From assembly GCF_963921235.1 (NCBI RefSeq), contig NC_086108.1, positions 12,896,001 to 12,960,000 of the forward strand: a DNA stretch of 64,000 nucleotides. The letters run 5' to 3'. A program made the position numbers and the translations under genes. Below are positions 1 to 16,800 of the stretch, piece by piece. Numbering within the stretch: position 1 is the first letter of the stretch; each line of letters opens with the position of its first letter. The DNA comes from Mobula hypostoma (lineage: Eukaryota). The notes below the pieces were generated by a model. It was not told the DNA's origin, ran no database searches, and worked only from the letters and a program-made list of their open reading frames with translations.

Positions 1-3000
1 GGCTATGACAACATTAATCCCCATTAATACCCCTGCTATGACAACATCAGTCCCCACTATCACCCCTAGCTATGAGAACATTAATCCCCACTACGACTAC
101 TGTTATGAAAACATTAATCCCCACTATAACCCCTGCTATGACAACATTTAGCCCTCTAGCACGATTGGCTATGACAACATCAATCCCCACTATCACCATT
201 GGCTGTAACAACATTAATCCCCACTATCACCCCTGGGTATGACATCATTAATCCCCACTATAATCCCTGGCTATGACAACATTAATGACCAATATCAACC
301 CTCGCTATGACAACATTAATCCCCACTATCACCATTGGCTATGACAAGATTAAATTCTACTATCACCCCGGCTATGACAACATTAATCCCCATTAATACC
401 CCTGCTATGACAACATTAATCCTCACTATCACCCCTCCTGTGACAACATTAATCCCCACGATCACCATTGGTGATGACAACATTAAACCCCACAATCACA
501 TCGAGCTATGACAACATTAAACCGCTCTATCACCACTGGCTATGACAACATTAGTCCCCCCTATCACCCCTGGCTATGAAAACATTAATCCCCACTATCA
601 CCACTGCTATGACAACATTAATCCTAAATATCACAATTGACAATGACAACACTCGTCCCCACCATCACCCCTGGCTGTGACAACATTAATCCCCACTATC
701 ACCCCTCCTATGACAACATTAATCCCCACTATCACCCCTGGGTATGACTACATTAATCCCCAACATCACGCCTGGCTATGACAACATTAACCCCACTATC
801 ATCCCTACGATGACAACATTAATCACCACAATAACCCCTGGGTATGACAACATTAATCCCCACCATCACCCTGGCTATGACAACATTAATCCCCACTATC
901 ATCCCTACGATGACAACATTAAACCCCACTATCACCATTGGCTATAACAACATTAATCCCCACTATCACACCTGGCTATGACGACATTAATCCCCACTGT
1001 CACAATTGGCAATGACAACATTAATCCCCACTATCACCCCTGGCTATGACAACATTAATTCCTACTATCACCATTGGCTATGACAACATTAATCCCCACT
1101 ATCACCCCGGCTATGAGAACATTAATCCCCACTACGACCCCTGTTATGACAACATTAATCCCCACTATCACCCCTGCAATGACAACATTTATCCCTCCAG
1201 CACCATTGGCTATGACAACATCAATCCCCACTATCACCATTGGCTATAACAACATTAATCCTCACTATCACAATTGGCAATGAAAACACTCATCCCCACT
1301 ACCAGCCCTGGCGGTGACAACATTAATCCCCACTATCACCCCACCTGTGAAAACATTAATCCCCACGATCACCATTGGTGATGACAACATTAAATCCCAC
1401 AATCACGTCCAGCTATGACAACATTAAACCGCTCTATCACCCCTGGCTATGACAACATTAGTCCCCACCATCACCTCTGGCTATGAAAACATTAATCCCC
1501 ACTATCACCACTGCCATGACAACATTAATCCCCACTATCACCCCTGTTATGACAACATCAATCCCCACTATCACCCATGGCTACGACAACATTAATCACC
1601 ACTACGACCCCTGTTATGACAACATTTATCCCTCTATCACCATTGGCTATGACAACATTAAACCCCACAACCACATCAAGCTATGACAAAATTAAACAGG
1701 ACTATCACCCCGACTATGAAAACATTAATCCCCACTATCACCACCACTATGACAACATTAATCCCCTCTATTACCCATGCTATGACAAAATTAATCCCCA
1801 TTAATACCCCTGCTATGACAACATTAATCCTAAGTATCACAATTGACAATGACAACACTCGTCCCCACTATCACCCCTGGCTGTGACAACATTAATCCCC
1901 ACTATCACCCCTCCTATGACAACATTAATCACCACTATAACCCCTGGGTATGACAACATTAATCCCCACCATCACCCCTGGCTATGACAACATTAATCCC
2001 CACTATCATCCCTGCTATGACAACATTAATCCCCACTATCACCATTGTTATGACAACATTAAACAGCACTATCACCCCTGCTATGAAAACATTAATCCCC
2101 ACTATCACGCCGAGCTGTGACAACATTAAACCACTCTATCACCCCTGGCTATGACAACATTAATCCCCACTACCACCCCTGGCTATGAAAACATTAATCC
2201 CCACTATCACCCCTGCCATGACAACATTAATCCCCAATATGACCACTGCTATGACAACATCAATCCCCACTATCACCCATGACTATGACAACATTAATCC
2301 CAACTATCACCCCTGGTTATGACATCATTAATCCCCAATATCACCATTGGCTATGACAACATTAAACTCTACTATCACCCCTGCCATGACAACGTTAATA
2401 CCCACTATCACCACTGATATGACAACACCAATCCCCACTATCACCCATGGCTATGACAACATTAATCACCACTATCACTACTGTTATGACAACATTAAAC
2501 CCCACTATCACTCCTGCTATAAAAACATTAATCCCTGCTATCACCTTTGGCTATGACAACATCAATCCCCACTATCACCGATGGCTATAACAACATTAAT
2601 CCCCATTAATACCCCTGCTATGACAACATTAATCCTAAGTATCACAATTGACAATGACAACACTCGTCCCCACTATCACCCCTGGATGTCACAGCATTAA
2701 TCCCCACTATAACCCCTGGCTATGACAACATTAACCCCACTATCATCCCTGCTATGACAACATTAATCCCCACTATCACCATTGTTATGACAATATTAAA
2801 CCCCACTATCACACCTGCTATGAAAACATTAATCCCTACTATCACCATTGGCTATGACAACATCAATACCCACTATCATCCCTGGCTATGACAACATGAA
2901 TCCCCACTATCACCATTGGCCATGACAACATTAATCCCCACTATCACCCCTGCTATGACAACATTAATCCCCAATATCACCCCTGCTATGACAACATTAA

Positions 3001-6000
3001 TCCCCACTGTGACCCCTGTTATGACAACATTAATCCCCACTATCACCCTGCTATGACAACATTTATCCCTCTATCACCATTGGCTATGACAACATCAATA
3101 CCCACTATCATCCCTGGCTATGACAACATGAATCCCGACTATCACCATTGGCTATGACAACAGTAATCCCCACTATCACTCATGGGGATGACAACATTAA
3201 TCCCCACTATCACCCCTGGCTATGACAACATTATTCCGCACTATCAACCCTGTCTATGACAACATTAATCCCCACTATCACCATTGGCTACGACAACATT
3301 AATCCCCACTATCACCCCTGGCTAAAACAACATTAATACCCACTACCACCCCTGGCTATGACAACATTAATACCCACTATCACCATTGGCTATGACAAAA
3401 TTAATCCCCATTATCACCCCTGCTATGACAACATTAATCCCCGCTATCACCCCTGGCTATTTGAAAATTAATCCCTAATATCACCGCTGGCTGTGACAAC
3501 ATTAATCCACACGATCACCATTGGCAGTGACAACATTAATCCCCACCATCACCCCGGCTATGACAACATTATTCCGCACTGTCAGCCCTGATATGACAAC
3601 ATTAATCCCCATATCACCCCTGGCTATGACAACATTAATCCCCATTTTCACCATTGGCTATGACAACATTAATGCCATGATCACTCCTGTGATGAGAACA
3701 TGAGTCCCCATATCACCTATGCTGTGACAATGTTAATCCTCACTATCACCCCTGCTATGAGAACATTAATCTGCAATCTCACCCCTGATATAACAACATT
3801 ACTCCCCTCTATCACCTGTGGTTATGACAACATTAATCCGGCTATCACCCTGACTTTGACAACATTAATCCCCACTATCACCCCTGTCTATGACAACATT
3901 AATCCCCACAATCACCATTGGCTACGACAACATTAATACCCACTACCACCCCTGGCGATGACAACATTAATACCCACTACCACCACTGGCTATGGCATTA
4001 ATCTTCACTATCACCATTGGCTATGAGAACATTAAACCCCACTATCACCCCTGCTATAAAAGATTAATCCCTACTATCACCATTGGCTATGACAACATCA
4101 ATACCCACTATCATCCCTGGCTATGACAACATGAATCCCGATTATCACCATTGGCCATGAGAACGTTAATCCCCACTATCACCCCAGGCTATGACAACAT
4201 TAATCCCCACTATCACCATTGGCTATGACAACAGTAATCCCCACTATCACTCATGGGGATGACAACATTAATCCACACTGTCACCCCTGGCTATGACAAC
4301 ATTATTCCGCACTATCACCCCTGGCTATGACAATATTAATACCCACTATCACCATTGGCTATGACAACATTATTCAGCACTATCACCCCTGATATGACAA
4401 CATTAATCCCCAATATCACCCCTGGCTATGACAACATTATTCCGCACTATCACCCCTGATATGACAACATTAATTCCCACTATCACCCCTGGCTATGACA
4501 ACATTAATCCCCATTTTCACCATTGGCTATGACAACATTAATCCCACGATCACCCCTGTGATGAGAACATTAATCCGCACTATCACGCCTGTCTAGGACA
4601 ATATTAATGTCCACCATCACCAGTTGCTATGACAACAGTAATCCCCACTATCACCCATGGGGATGACAACATTAATCCCCACTATCACACCTGTCTATGA
4701 CAACATTAATCCCCACTATCACCACTGCTATGACAACATTAATCCTCACTATCACCCCTGCTATGAGAACATTAATCTGCAATCTCACCCCGATATCACA
4801 ACATTACTCCCCTCTATCACCTGTGGTTATGACAACATTAATCCCCACTATCACCACTGTCTATGACAATATTAATCCACAATATCACCCCTGCGATGAC
4901 AACATTAATCCCCACAATCACCCCTGGCTATGGCAACATTAATCCTCACTATCACCATTGGCTACGACAACATTAATCCCCACTATCACCCCTGGCTAAA
5001 ACAGCATTAATCCCCATTATCACTCCTGCTGTGACAACATTAATCCCCACTATCACCCTTGGCTATTTGAAAATTAATCCCCAATATCACCACTGGTTGT
5101 GACAACATTAATCCGCACTATCACCCCTGCTATGACAATATTAATCCCCATTATCACCACTGGCTATGACAACATTAATCTGCACGACTACCATTGGCAG
5201 TGACAACATTAATGCTCACTATCACCCATGCTATGACAACATTAATCCCCACTATCACCACTGGCTATGACAACATTAATCCCCACCATCACACCTGGCT
5301 ATGACAGCATTAATCCTTACTATCACGACTGCTATGACAACAATAATCCCCACTATGACCCCTGGCTATGACAATATTGATCCGCACTATATCTCTCCTG
5401 GGAATGACAACATTAATCCCCACTATCACCATTGGCTATGACAACATGAATCCCGACTATCAGCATTGGCCATGACAACATTAAACCCCACTAGCACCCC
5501 TGGCTGTGTCAATATTAATCCCCACCATTACACCTGGGTATGACAACATTTATCCGTAATATAACCATGGTCTATGACCACATTCATCCCCAACATCACC
5601 CCTGATATGACATCATAAAACCCCACTATCACACTTGCCTATGACAATACTAAACTCCAACATCACCCCTGGCTATAACAACATTAATCCCCACTATCAC
5701 CCCTCCTATAACAACATTAATCACCAATATTACCCTTGGGTATGACAACATTAATCCCCACCATCACCCCTGGCTATGACAACATTAATCCCCACGATCA
5801 TCCCTGCTATGACAACATTAATCCCCACTATCACCATTGTTATGTCAACATTAAACCCCACTATCACCCCTGCTATGACAACATTAATCCCCACTATCAC
5901 CCCTGGCTATGAAAACATTAATCCCCACTATCACCCCTGCCATGACAACATTAATCCCCAATATGACCACCGCTATGACAACATCAATCCCAACTATCAC

Positions 6001-7924
6001 CCATGGCTATGACAACATTAATCCCAACTGTCACCCCTGGTTATGACATCATTAATCCCCACTATCACCATTGGCTATGACAACATTAAACTCTACTATC
6101 ACCCCTGCCATGACAACGTCAATCCCCACTATCACCACTGCTATGACAACATCAATCCCCACTCTAACCCATGGCTATGACAACACAAATCACCACTACG
6201 ACCCCTGTTATGACAACATTACTCCCCATTATCACCCCTGCTATGACAACATTTATCCCTCTATCGTCATTGGCTATGACGACATTAAACCCCTCAATTA
6301 CGTCCAGCTATGACAAAATTATACGGGACTATCACCCCTGGCTATGAAAACATTAATCCCCACTATCACCACTGCTATGACAACATTAATCCACTCTATC
6401 ACCCATGCTATAACAAAATTAATTTTAATTAATACCCCTGCTATGACAACATTAATCCTAAGTATCACAATTGACAATGACAACACTCGACCCCACTATC
6501 ACCCCTGGGTATGACAACATTAATCCCTACCATCACTCTGGCTATGACAACATTAACCCCACTATCATCCCTGCTATGACAACATTAATCCCCACTATCT
6601 CTATTGTTATGACAACATTAAACCCCACTATCACTCCTGCTATAAAAACATTAATCCCTACTATCACCATTGGCTATGACAACATCAATACCCACTATCA
6701 TCCCTGGCTATGACAACATGAATCCCGACTATCACCATTGGCCATGAGAACATTAATCCCTACTATCACCCCTGCTATGACAACATTAATCCCCACTCTG
6801 ACCATTGGCGATGATAACATTAATCCCCACTATCACGCCTAACTATGACAACATTAAACCGCTCTATCACCCCTGGCCATGACAACATTAATCCCCACCA
6901 TCACCCCTGCCATGACAACATTAATCCCCAATATGACCACTGCTATGACAACATCAATCCCCACTATCACCCATGGCTATGACAACATTAATCCCCATTA
7001 ACACCCCTGCTATGACAACATTAATCCTAAGTATCACAATTGACAATGACAACACTCGTCCCCACTATCACCCCTGGATGTCACAACATTAATCCCCACT
7101 ATAACCCCTCCTATGACATTAAACCCACAATCACCCCTGGGTATGACAACATTAATCCCCACCATCACCCCTGGCTATGACAACATTAACCCCAGTATCA
7201 TCCCTGCTATGACAACATTAATCCCCACTATCACCATTGTTATGACAATATTAAACCCCACTATCACACCTGCTATGAAAACATTAATCCCTACTATCAC
7301 CATTGGCTATGACAACATCAATACCCACTATCATCCCTGGCTATGACAACATGAATCCCTACTATCACCATTGGCCATGACAACATTAATCCCCACTATC
7401 ACCCCTGCTATGACAACATTAATCCCCACTGTGACCCCTGTTATGACAACATTAATCCCCACTATCACCCCTGCTATGACAACATTTATCCCTCTACCAC
7501 CATTGGCTATGACAACATCAATCCCCACTATCATCCCTGGCTATGACAACATGAATCCCCACTATCACCACTGCTATGACAACATCAATCCCCACTAGTA
7601 CCCATGGCTATGACAACATTAATCACCACTACGACCCCTGTTATGACAACATTACTCCCCATTATCACCCCTGCTATGACAACATTTATCCCTCTATCAC
7701 CATTGGCTATGACGACATTAAACCCCTCAATCAAGTCTAGCTATGACAAAATTAAATGGGACTATCACCCCTGGCTATGAAAACATTAATCCCCACTATC
7801 ACCACTGCTATGACAACATTAATCCCCTCTATCACCCATGCTATAACAAAATTAATTTTAATTAATACCCCTGCTAATGACAACATTAATCCTAAGTATC
7901 ACAATTGACAATGACAACACTCGT

Positions 7925-9640
7925 CCCCACTATCACCCCTGCTATGACAACATTAATCCCCACTGTGACCATTGGCGATGATAACATTAATCCCCACTAT
8001 CACGCCTAGCTATGACAACATTAAACCGCTCTATCACCCCTGGCCATGACAACATTAATCCCCACTATCACTCCTGCCATGCAACATTAATCCCCAATAT
8101 GACTACTGCTATGACAACATCAATCCCCACTATCACCGATGGCTATGACAACATTAATCCTCACTATGACCACTGTTATGACAACATTAATCCCCATTAA
8201 TACCCCTGCTATGACAACATTAATCCTAAGTATCACAATTGACAATGACAACACTCGTCCCCACTGTCACCCCTGGATGTCACAACACTAATCCCCACTA
8301 TCACCCCTCCTATGACAACATTAAACCCACAATCACCCCTAGGTATGACAACATTAATCCCCACCATCACCCCTGGCTATGACAACATTAACCCCACTAT
8401 CATCCCTGCTATGACAACATTAATCCCCACTATCACCATTGTTATGACAATATTAAACCCCACTATCACACCTGCTATGAAAACATTAATCCCTACTATC
8501 ACCATTGGCTATGACAACATCAATACCCACTATCATCCCTGGCTATGACTACATGAATCCCCACTATCACCATTGGCCATGACAACATTAATCCCCAATA
8601 TCACCCATACTATGACAACATTAATCCCCACTGTGACCATTGGCGATGATAACATTAATCCCCACTATCACGCCGAGCTATGACGACATTTAACCCCTCT
8701 ATCACCCCTGGCTATGACAACATTAATCCCCACTCTCACCCCTGCTATGACAACATTAATCCCCACTGTGACCATTGGCGATGATAACATTAATTCCCAC
8801 TATCACACCTGGCTATGACAACATTAATCCCCACTATCACCCCCGCTATAAAAACATTAATCCCTACTATCACCATTGGCTATGACAACATCAAAACCCA
8901 CTATCATCCCTGGCTATGACAACATGAATCCCAACTATCACCGTTGGCCATGAGAACGTTAATCCCCACTATCACCCCTGCTATGACAACATTAATCCCC
9001 ACTGTGACCATTGGCGATGATAACATTAATCCCCACTATCACGCCTAGCTATGACAACATTAAACCGCTCTATCACCCCTGGCCATGACAACATTAATCC
9101 CCACTATCACTCCTGCCATGACAACATTAATCCCCAATATGACCACTGCTATGACAACATCAATCCCCACTATCACCGATGGCTATGACAACATTAATCC
9201 TCACTATGACCACTGTTATGACAACATTAATCCCCATTAATACCCCTGCTATGATAACATTAATCCTAAATATCACAATTGACAATGACAACACTCGTTC
9301 CCACTGTCACCCCTGGAAGTCACAACATTAATCCCCACTATAACCCCTACTATGACAACATTAAACCCACAATCACCCCTAGGTATGACAACATTAATCC
9401 CCACCATCACCCCTGGCTATGACAACATTAACCCCACTATCATCCCTGCTATGACAACATTAATCCCCACTATCACCATTGTTATGACAATATTAAACCC
9501 CACTATCACACCTGCTATGAAAACATTAATCCCTACTATCACCATTGGCTATGACAACATCAATACCCACTATCATCCCTGCTATGACAACATGAATCCC
9601 CACTATCACCATTGGCCATGACAACATTAATCCCCACTAT
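7925..9640. repeat. Higher-order duplication, offset 1039-1040 bp (about 7925-8600 vs 8964-9640)
   Basis: GTGACCATTGGCGATG at 7965 and 9004; ACTCGT marker at 8253 and 9293; matching repeat-derived ORFs start at 8312 and 9352. Confidence 0.8.
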
Positions 9641-10779
9641 CACCCCTGCTATGACAACATTAATCCCCACTGTGACCCCTGTTATGACAACATTAATCCC
9701 CACTATAACCCCTCCTATGACAACATTAAACCCCACTATCACCCCTGGTTATGACAACATTAATCCCCACCATCACCATTGGCTATGACAACATTAAACT
9801 CTACTATCACCCCTGCCATGACATCGTTAATCCCCACTATCACCACTGCTATGACAACATCAATCCCCACTATTACCCATGGCTATGACAACATTAATCA
9901 CCACTACGACCCCTGTTATGACAACATTACTCCCCATTATCACCCCTGCTATGACAACATTTATCCCTCTATCACCATTGGCTATGACGACATTAAACCC
10001 CTCAATCACGTCTAGCTATGACAAAATTAAATGGGACTATCACCCCTGGCTATGAAAACATTAATCCCCACTATCACCACTGCTATGACAACATTAATCC
10101 CCTCTATCACCCATGCTATAACAAAATTAATTTTAATTAATACCCCTGCTATGACAACATTAATCCTAAGTATCACAATTGACAATGACAACACTCGTCC
10201 CCACTATCACCCCTGGCTATGACAACATTAATCCCCACTATCACCCCTGGGTATGACAACATTAATCCCTACCATCACCCTGGCTATGACAACATTAACC
10301 CCACTATCATCCCTGCTATGACAACATTAATTCCCACTATCACTATGGTTATGACAACATTAAACCCCACTATCACCCCTGGTATAAAAACATTAATCCC
10401 TACTATCACCATTGGCTATGACAACATCAATACCCACTATCATCCCTGGCTATGACAACATGAATCCCGACTATCACCATTGGCCATGAGAACATTAATC
10501 CCCACTATCACCCCTGCTATGACAACATTAATCCCCACTGTGACCATTGGCGATGATAACATTAATCCTCACCATCACGCCAAGCTATGACAACATTAAA
10601 CTGCTCTATCACCCCTGGCTATGACAACATTAATCCCCACTATCACCCCTGGCGTTGAAAACATTAATCCCCACTATCACCCCTGCCATGACAACATTAA
10701 TCCCCAAAATGACCACTGCTATGACAACATCAATCCCCACTATCACCACTGCTATGACAACATTAATCCTCACTATCAC

Positions 10780-11350
10780 CCCTGCTGTGAGAACATTAAT
10801 CTGCAATCTCACCCCTGATATGACAACATTACTCCCCTCTATCACCTGTGCCTATGACAACATTAATCCGGATATCACACTGACTTTGACAACATTAATC
10901 CCCACTATCACCACTGGCTATGACAATATTAATCCACAAGATCACCCCTGCGATGACAACATTAATCCCCTGATCACCACTGCCATGACAACATTAATCC
11001 CACACTATCACCCTTGGCTATTTGAAAATTAATCCCCAATATCACCACTGGTTGTGACAACATTAATCCGCAATATCACCCCTGCTATGAGAACATTAAT
11101 CTGCAATCTCACCCCTGATATGACAACATTACTCCCCTCTATCACCTGTGCCTATGACAACATTAATCCGGATATCACCCTGACTTTGACAACATTAATC
11201 CCCACTATCACCACTGGCTATGACAATATTAATCCACAAGATCACCCCTGCGATGACAACATTAATCCCCACTATCACCCTTGGCTATTTGAAAATTAAT
11301 CCCCAATATCACCACTGGTTGTGACAACATTAATCCGCACTATCACCCCT
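10780..11350. repeat. Tandem duplication of about 300 bp (9 monomers)
   Basis: 10801-10860 is identical to 11101-11160 (CTGCAATCTC...CCTATGACAA), and the match continues to about 10970/11270. Confidence 0.85.
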
Positions 11351-13820
11351 GCTATGACAATATTAATCCCCATTATCACCACTGGCTATGACAACATTAA
11401 ACCGCACGATTACCATTGGCAGTGACAACATTAATGCTCACTATCACCCCTGCTATGACAACATTAATCCCCACTATCATCACTGGCTATGACAACATTA
11501 ATCCCCACCATCACACCTGGCTATGACAGCATTAATGCTTACTATCACACCTGGCTATGACAACAATAATCCCCACTATGACCCCTGGTTATGACAATAT
11601 TAATCCGCACTATATCTCTCCTGGGAATGACAACATTAATCCCCACTATCACCATTGGCTATGACGACATGAATCCCGACTATCAGCATTGGCAATGACA
11701 ACATTAAACCCTACCAGCACCCCTGGCTGTGTCAATATTAATCCCCACTATTACACCTGGGTATGACAACATTTATCCGTAATATAACCACGATCTATAA
11801 CCACGATCTATAACCACATTCATTCCCAATATCACCCCTGATATGACATCATAAAACCCCACTATCACACTTGCCTATGACAATCCTAATCTCCACCATC
11901 ACCCCTGGCTATGACAACATTATACCCAACCATCACCATTGGCTACGACAACGTTAATCGCCAGTATCACCACTGGCTATGACAACATTAATGCTCACTA
12001 TCACCCCTGCTATGACAACATTAATCCCCACTATCACCCCTGACTATGACCACATTAATCCCCACGATCACTGCTGCTATGACAACATTATTCCCCACTA
12101 TCACCAGTGGCTATGACAACATTAATCCCCATTTTCACCATTGGCTATGACAACTGTAATCCCCACTATCACCCTGGCTATGGCAACGTTAATCCCCACT
12201 ATCACCTCTGGCTATGTCAACATTAATCCCCACTATCACCATTGGCTATGACAACATTAATCCCAAAATCACCCCTGCTATCACAACATTAAACCCCACT
12301 ATCACTCTTGGCTATGAGAACATTAATCTCCACTATCACCCTGGCTTTGACATCATTAAACCCCACTATCACCACTGGCAATGACAACATTAATCCCCAC
12401 TATTACCCTGGCTTTGACAACATTAATACCCACTATCACCACTGGCTATGACAACATTAATCCTCACTATCACCCCTGCGATGACAACATTATTCCCCAC
12501 GATCACCACTGCTATGACAACATTAATCCCAACAATCACCCCTGGCTATGACAACATTAATCCTCACTATCACCATTGGCTATGACAACAGTAATCCCCA
12601 CTATCACTCATGGGGATGACAACATTAATCCCTACTATCACCCTTCGCTATGACAACATTATTCCGCACTATCACCCCTGTCTATGACAACATTAATCCC
12701 CACTATCACCATTGGCTACGACAACATTAATCCCCACTATCACCCCTGGCTAAAACAACATTAATCCCCACCATCACACCTGGCTATGACAACATTAACA
12801 CCCACTACCACCCCTGGCTATGACAACATTAATACCCTCTACCACCCCTGGCTATGGCATTAATCCTCACTATCACCATTGGCTATGACAACATTAATCT
12901 CCATTATCACCTCTGCTATGACAACATTAATCTCCATTATCATCTCTGCTATGACAACATTAATCCCCACTATCACCCTTGGCTATTTGAAAATTAATCC
13001 CCAGCATCACCGCTGGCTGTGACAACATTAATCCGCACGATCACCATTGGCAGTGACAACATTAATCCCCATTATCACCCCTGGCTATGACAATTTTAAT
13101 CCCCATGATCACCCCAGGCTATGACAACATTAATCCCCACTATCACTCATGGGGATGACAACAGTAATCCCCACTATCACCATTGGCTACGACAACATTA
13201 ATCCCCACTATCACCCCTGGCTAAAACAACATTAATCCCCACCATCACACCTGGCTATGACAACATTAATATCCACTACCACCCCTGGCTATGGCATTAA
13301 TCCTCACTATCACCATTGGCTATGACAACATTAATCCCCATTATCACCCCTGCTATGACAACATTAATCCCCACTATCACCCCTGGCTATGACAACATTA
13401 TTCCGCACTATCACCCCTGATATGACAACATTACTCCCCACTATCACCCATGGCTTTGACAACATTAATCCCCATTTTCACCACTGGCTATGACAACATT
13501 AATGCCATGATCACTCCTGTGATGAGAACATTTGTCCCCACTATCACCTATGCTATGACAATGTTAATCCCCAGTATCACCCCTGGCTATGGCAACATTA
13601 ATCCCCATTTTCACCATTGGCTATGACAACATTAATCCCACGATCACCCCTGCGATGAGAACATTAATCCGCACTATCACGCCTGTCTAGGACAATATTA
13701 ATCTCCACCATCGCCGGTTGCTATGACAACATTAATCCCCACTGTCACCATTGGCTGTGACCACATTAATCCCCAATATCACATCTGTCTATGACAACAG
13801 TAATCCCCACTATCACCCTT

Positions 13821-16800
13821 GGCTATTTGAAAATTAATCCCCAATATCACCGCTGGCAGTGACAACATTAATCCGCACGATCACCATTGGCAGTGACAAC
13901 ATTAGTCCCCACTATCACCCCTGGCTATGACAATATTATTCCCCATATCACCAGTGGCTATGACAACATTATTCAGCACGATCACCCCTGATAATGACAA
14001 CATTAATCCCCACTATCACCCCTGGCTATGACAACATTAATCCCCATTTTCACCATTGGCTATGACAACATTAATGCCATGATCACTCCTGCGATGAGAT
14101 CATTAATCCGCACTATCACGCCTGTCTAGGACAATATTAATCTCCACCATCACCGGTGCTATGACAACATTAATCCCCACTGTCACCATTGGCTGTGACC
14201 ACATTAATCCCCAATATCACACCTGTCTGTGACAACAGTAATCCCCACTATCACCACTGCTATGACATTAATCCTCACTATCACCCCTGCTATGAGAACA
14301 TTAATCTGCAATCTCACCCCTGATATGACAACATTACTCCCCTCTATCACCTGTGCCTATGACAACATTAATCCCGCTATCACCATGACTTTGACAACAT
14401 TAATCCCCACTATCACCACTGGCTATGACAATATTAATCCACAAGATCACCCCTGCGATGACAACATTAATCCCCATGATCACCACGGCCATGACAACAT
14501 TAATGCCCACTATCACCCCTGGCTATTTGAAAATTAATCCCCAATATCACCGCTGGTTGTGACAACATTAATCCGCACTATCACCCCTGCTATGACAATA
14601 TTAATCCCCATTATCACCACTGGCTATGACAACATTAAACCGCACGATTACCATTGGCAGTGACAACATTAATGCTCACTATCACCCATGCTATGACAAT
14701 ATTAATCCCCACTATCATCACTGGCTATGACAACATTAATCCCCACCATCACACCTGGCTATTACAACATTAATCCCCACCATCACCCCTGGCTATGACA
14801 ACACTAGTCTCCACTATCACCCCTGGCTATCACAATATTAATCCCCACTATCACCACAGCTATGACAACAATAATCCCTACTATGACCCCTGGCTATGAC
14901 AATATTACTCCGCACTATATCTTTCCTGGGAATGACAACATTAATCCCCACTATCACCATTGGCTATGACAACATGAATCCCGACTATCAGCATTGGCTA
15001 TGACAACATTAAACCCCACTAGCACCCCTGGCTGTGTCAATATTAATCCCCACCATTACACCTGGGTATGACAACATTTATCCGTAATATAACCATGGTC
15101 TATGACCACATTCATCCCCAATATCACCACTGATATGACATCATGAAACCCCACTATCACACTTGCCTATGACAATATTAATCTCCACCATCACCCCTGG
15201 CTATGGCAACATTATACCCTACTATCACCATTGGCTACGACAACGTTAATCCCCAGTATCACCACTGGCTATGACAATATTAATGCTCACTATCACTCCT
15301 GCTATGACAACATTAATCCCCACTATCACCCCTGACTATGACAACATTAATCCCCACGATCACTGCTGCTATGACAACATTATTCCCCACTATCACCAGT
15401 GGCTATGACAACATTAATCCCCATTTTCTCCATTGGCTATGACAACTGTAATCCCCACTATCACCCTGGCTATGGCAACGTTAATCCCCACTATCACCTC
15501 TGGCTATGTCAACATTAATCCCCACTATCACCATTGGCTATGACAACATTAATCCCAAAATCACCCCTGCTATGACAACATTAAACCCCACTATCACCAC
15601 TGGCAATGACAACATTAATCCCCACCATCACACTTGGCTATGACAACATTAATTCCCATGATCACCCCTGCTATGACAACATTAATCCCCAGTATCACCC
15701 TTGGCTATTTGAAAATTAATCCCCAATATCACCGCTGGCAGTGACAACATTAATCCGCACGATCACCATTGGCAGTGACAACATTAGTCCCCACTATCAC
15801 CCCTGGCTATGACAATATTAATCCCCATATCACCAGTGGCTATGACAACATTATTCAGCACGATCACCCCTGATAATGACAACATTAATCCCCACTATCA
15901 CCCCTGGCTATGACAACATTAATCCCCATTTTCACCATTGGCTATGACAACATTAATGCCATGATCACTCCTGCGATGAGATCATTAATCCGCACTATCA
16001 CGCCTGTCTAGGACAATATTAATCTCCACCATCACCGGTGCTATGACAACATTAATCCCCACTGTCACCATTGGCTGTGACCACATTAAACCCCAATATC
16101 ACACCTGTCTGTGACAACAGTAATCCCCACTATTACCACTGCTATGACAACATTAATACTCACTATCACCCCTGCTATGAGAACATTAATCTGCAATCTC
16201 ACCCCTGATATGACAACATTACTCCCCTCTATCACCTGTGCCTATGACAACATTAATCCCGCTATCACCATGACTTTGACAACATTAATCCCCACTATCA
16301 CCACTGGCTATGACAATATTAATCCACAAGATCACCCCTGCGATGACAACATTAATCCCCATGATCACCACTGCCATGACAACATTAATGCCCACTATCA
16401 CCCCTGGCTATTTGAAAATTAATCCCCAATATCACCGCTGGTTGTGACAACATTAATCCGCACTATCACCCCTGCTATGACAATATTAATCCCCATTATC
16501 ACCACTGGCTATGACAACATTAAACCGCACGATTACCATTGGCAGTGACAACATTAATGCTCACTATCACCCATGCTATGACAATATTAATCCCCACTAT
16601 CATCACTGGCTATGACAACATTAATCCCCACCATCACACCTGGCTATTACAACATTAATCCCCACCATCACCCCTGGCTATGACAATATTAATCTCCACT
16701 ATCACCCCTGGCTATCACAATATTAATCCCCACTATCACCACAGCTATGACAACAATAATCCCTACTATGACCCCTGGCTATGACAATATTAATCCGCAC

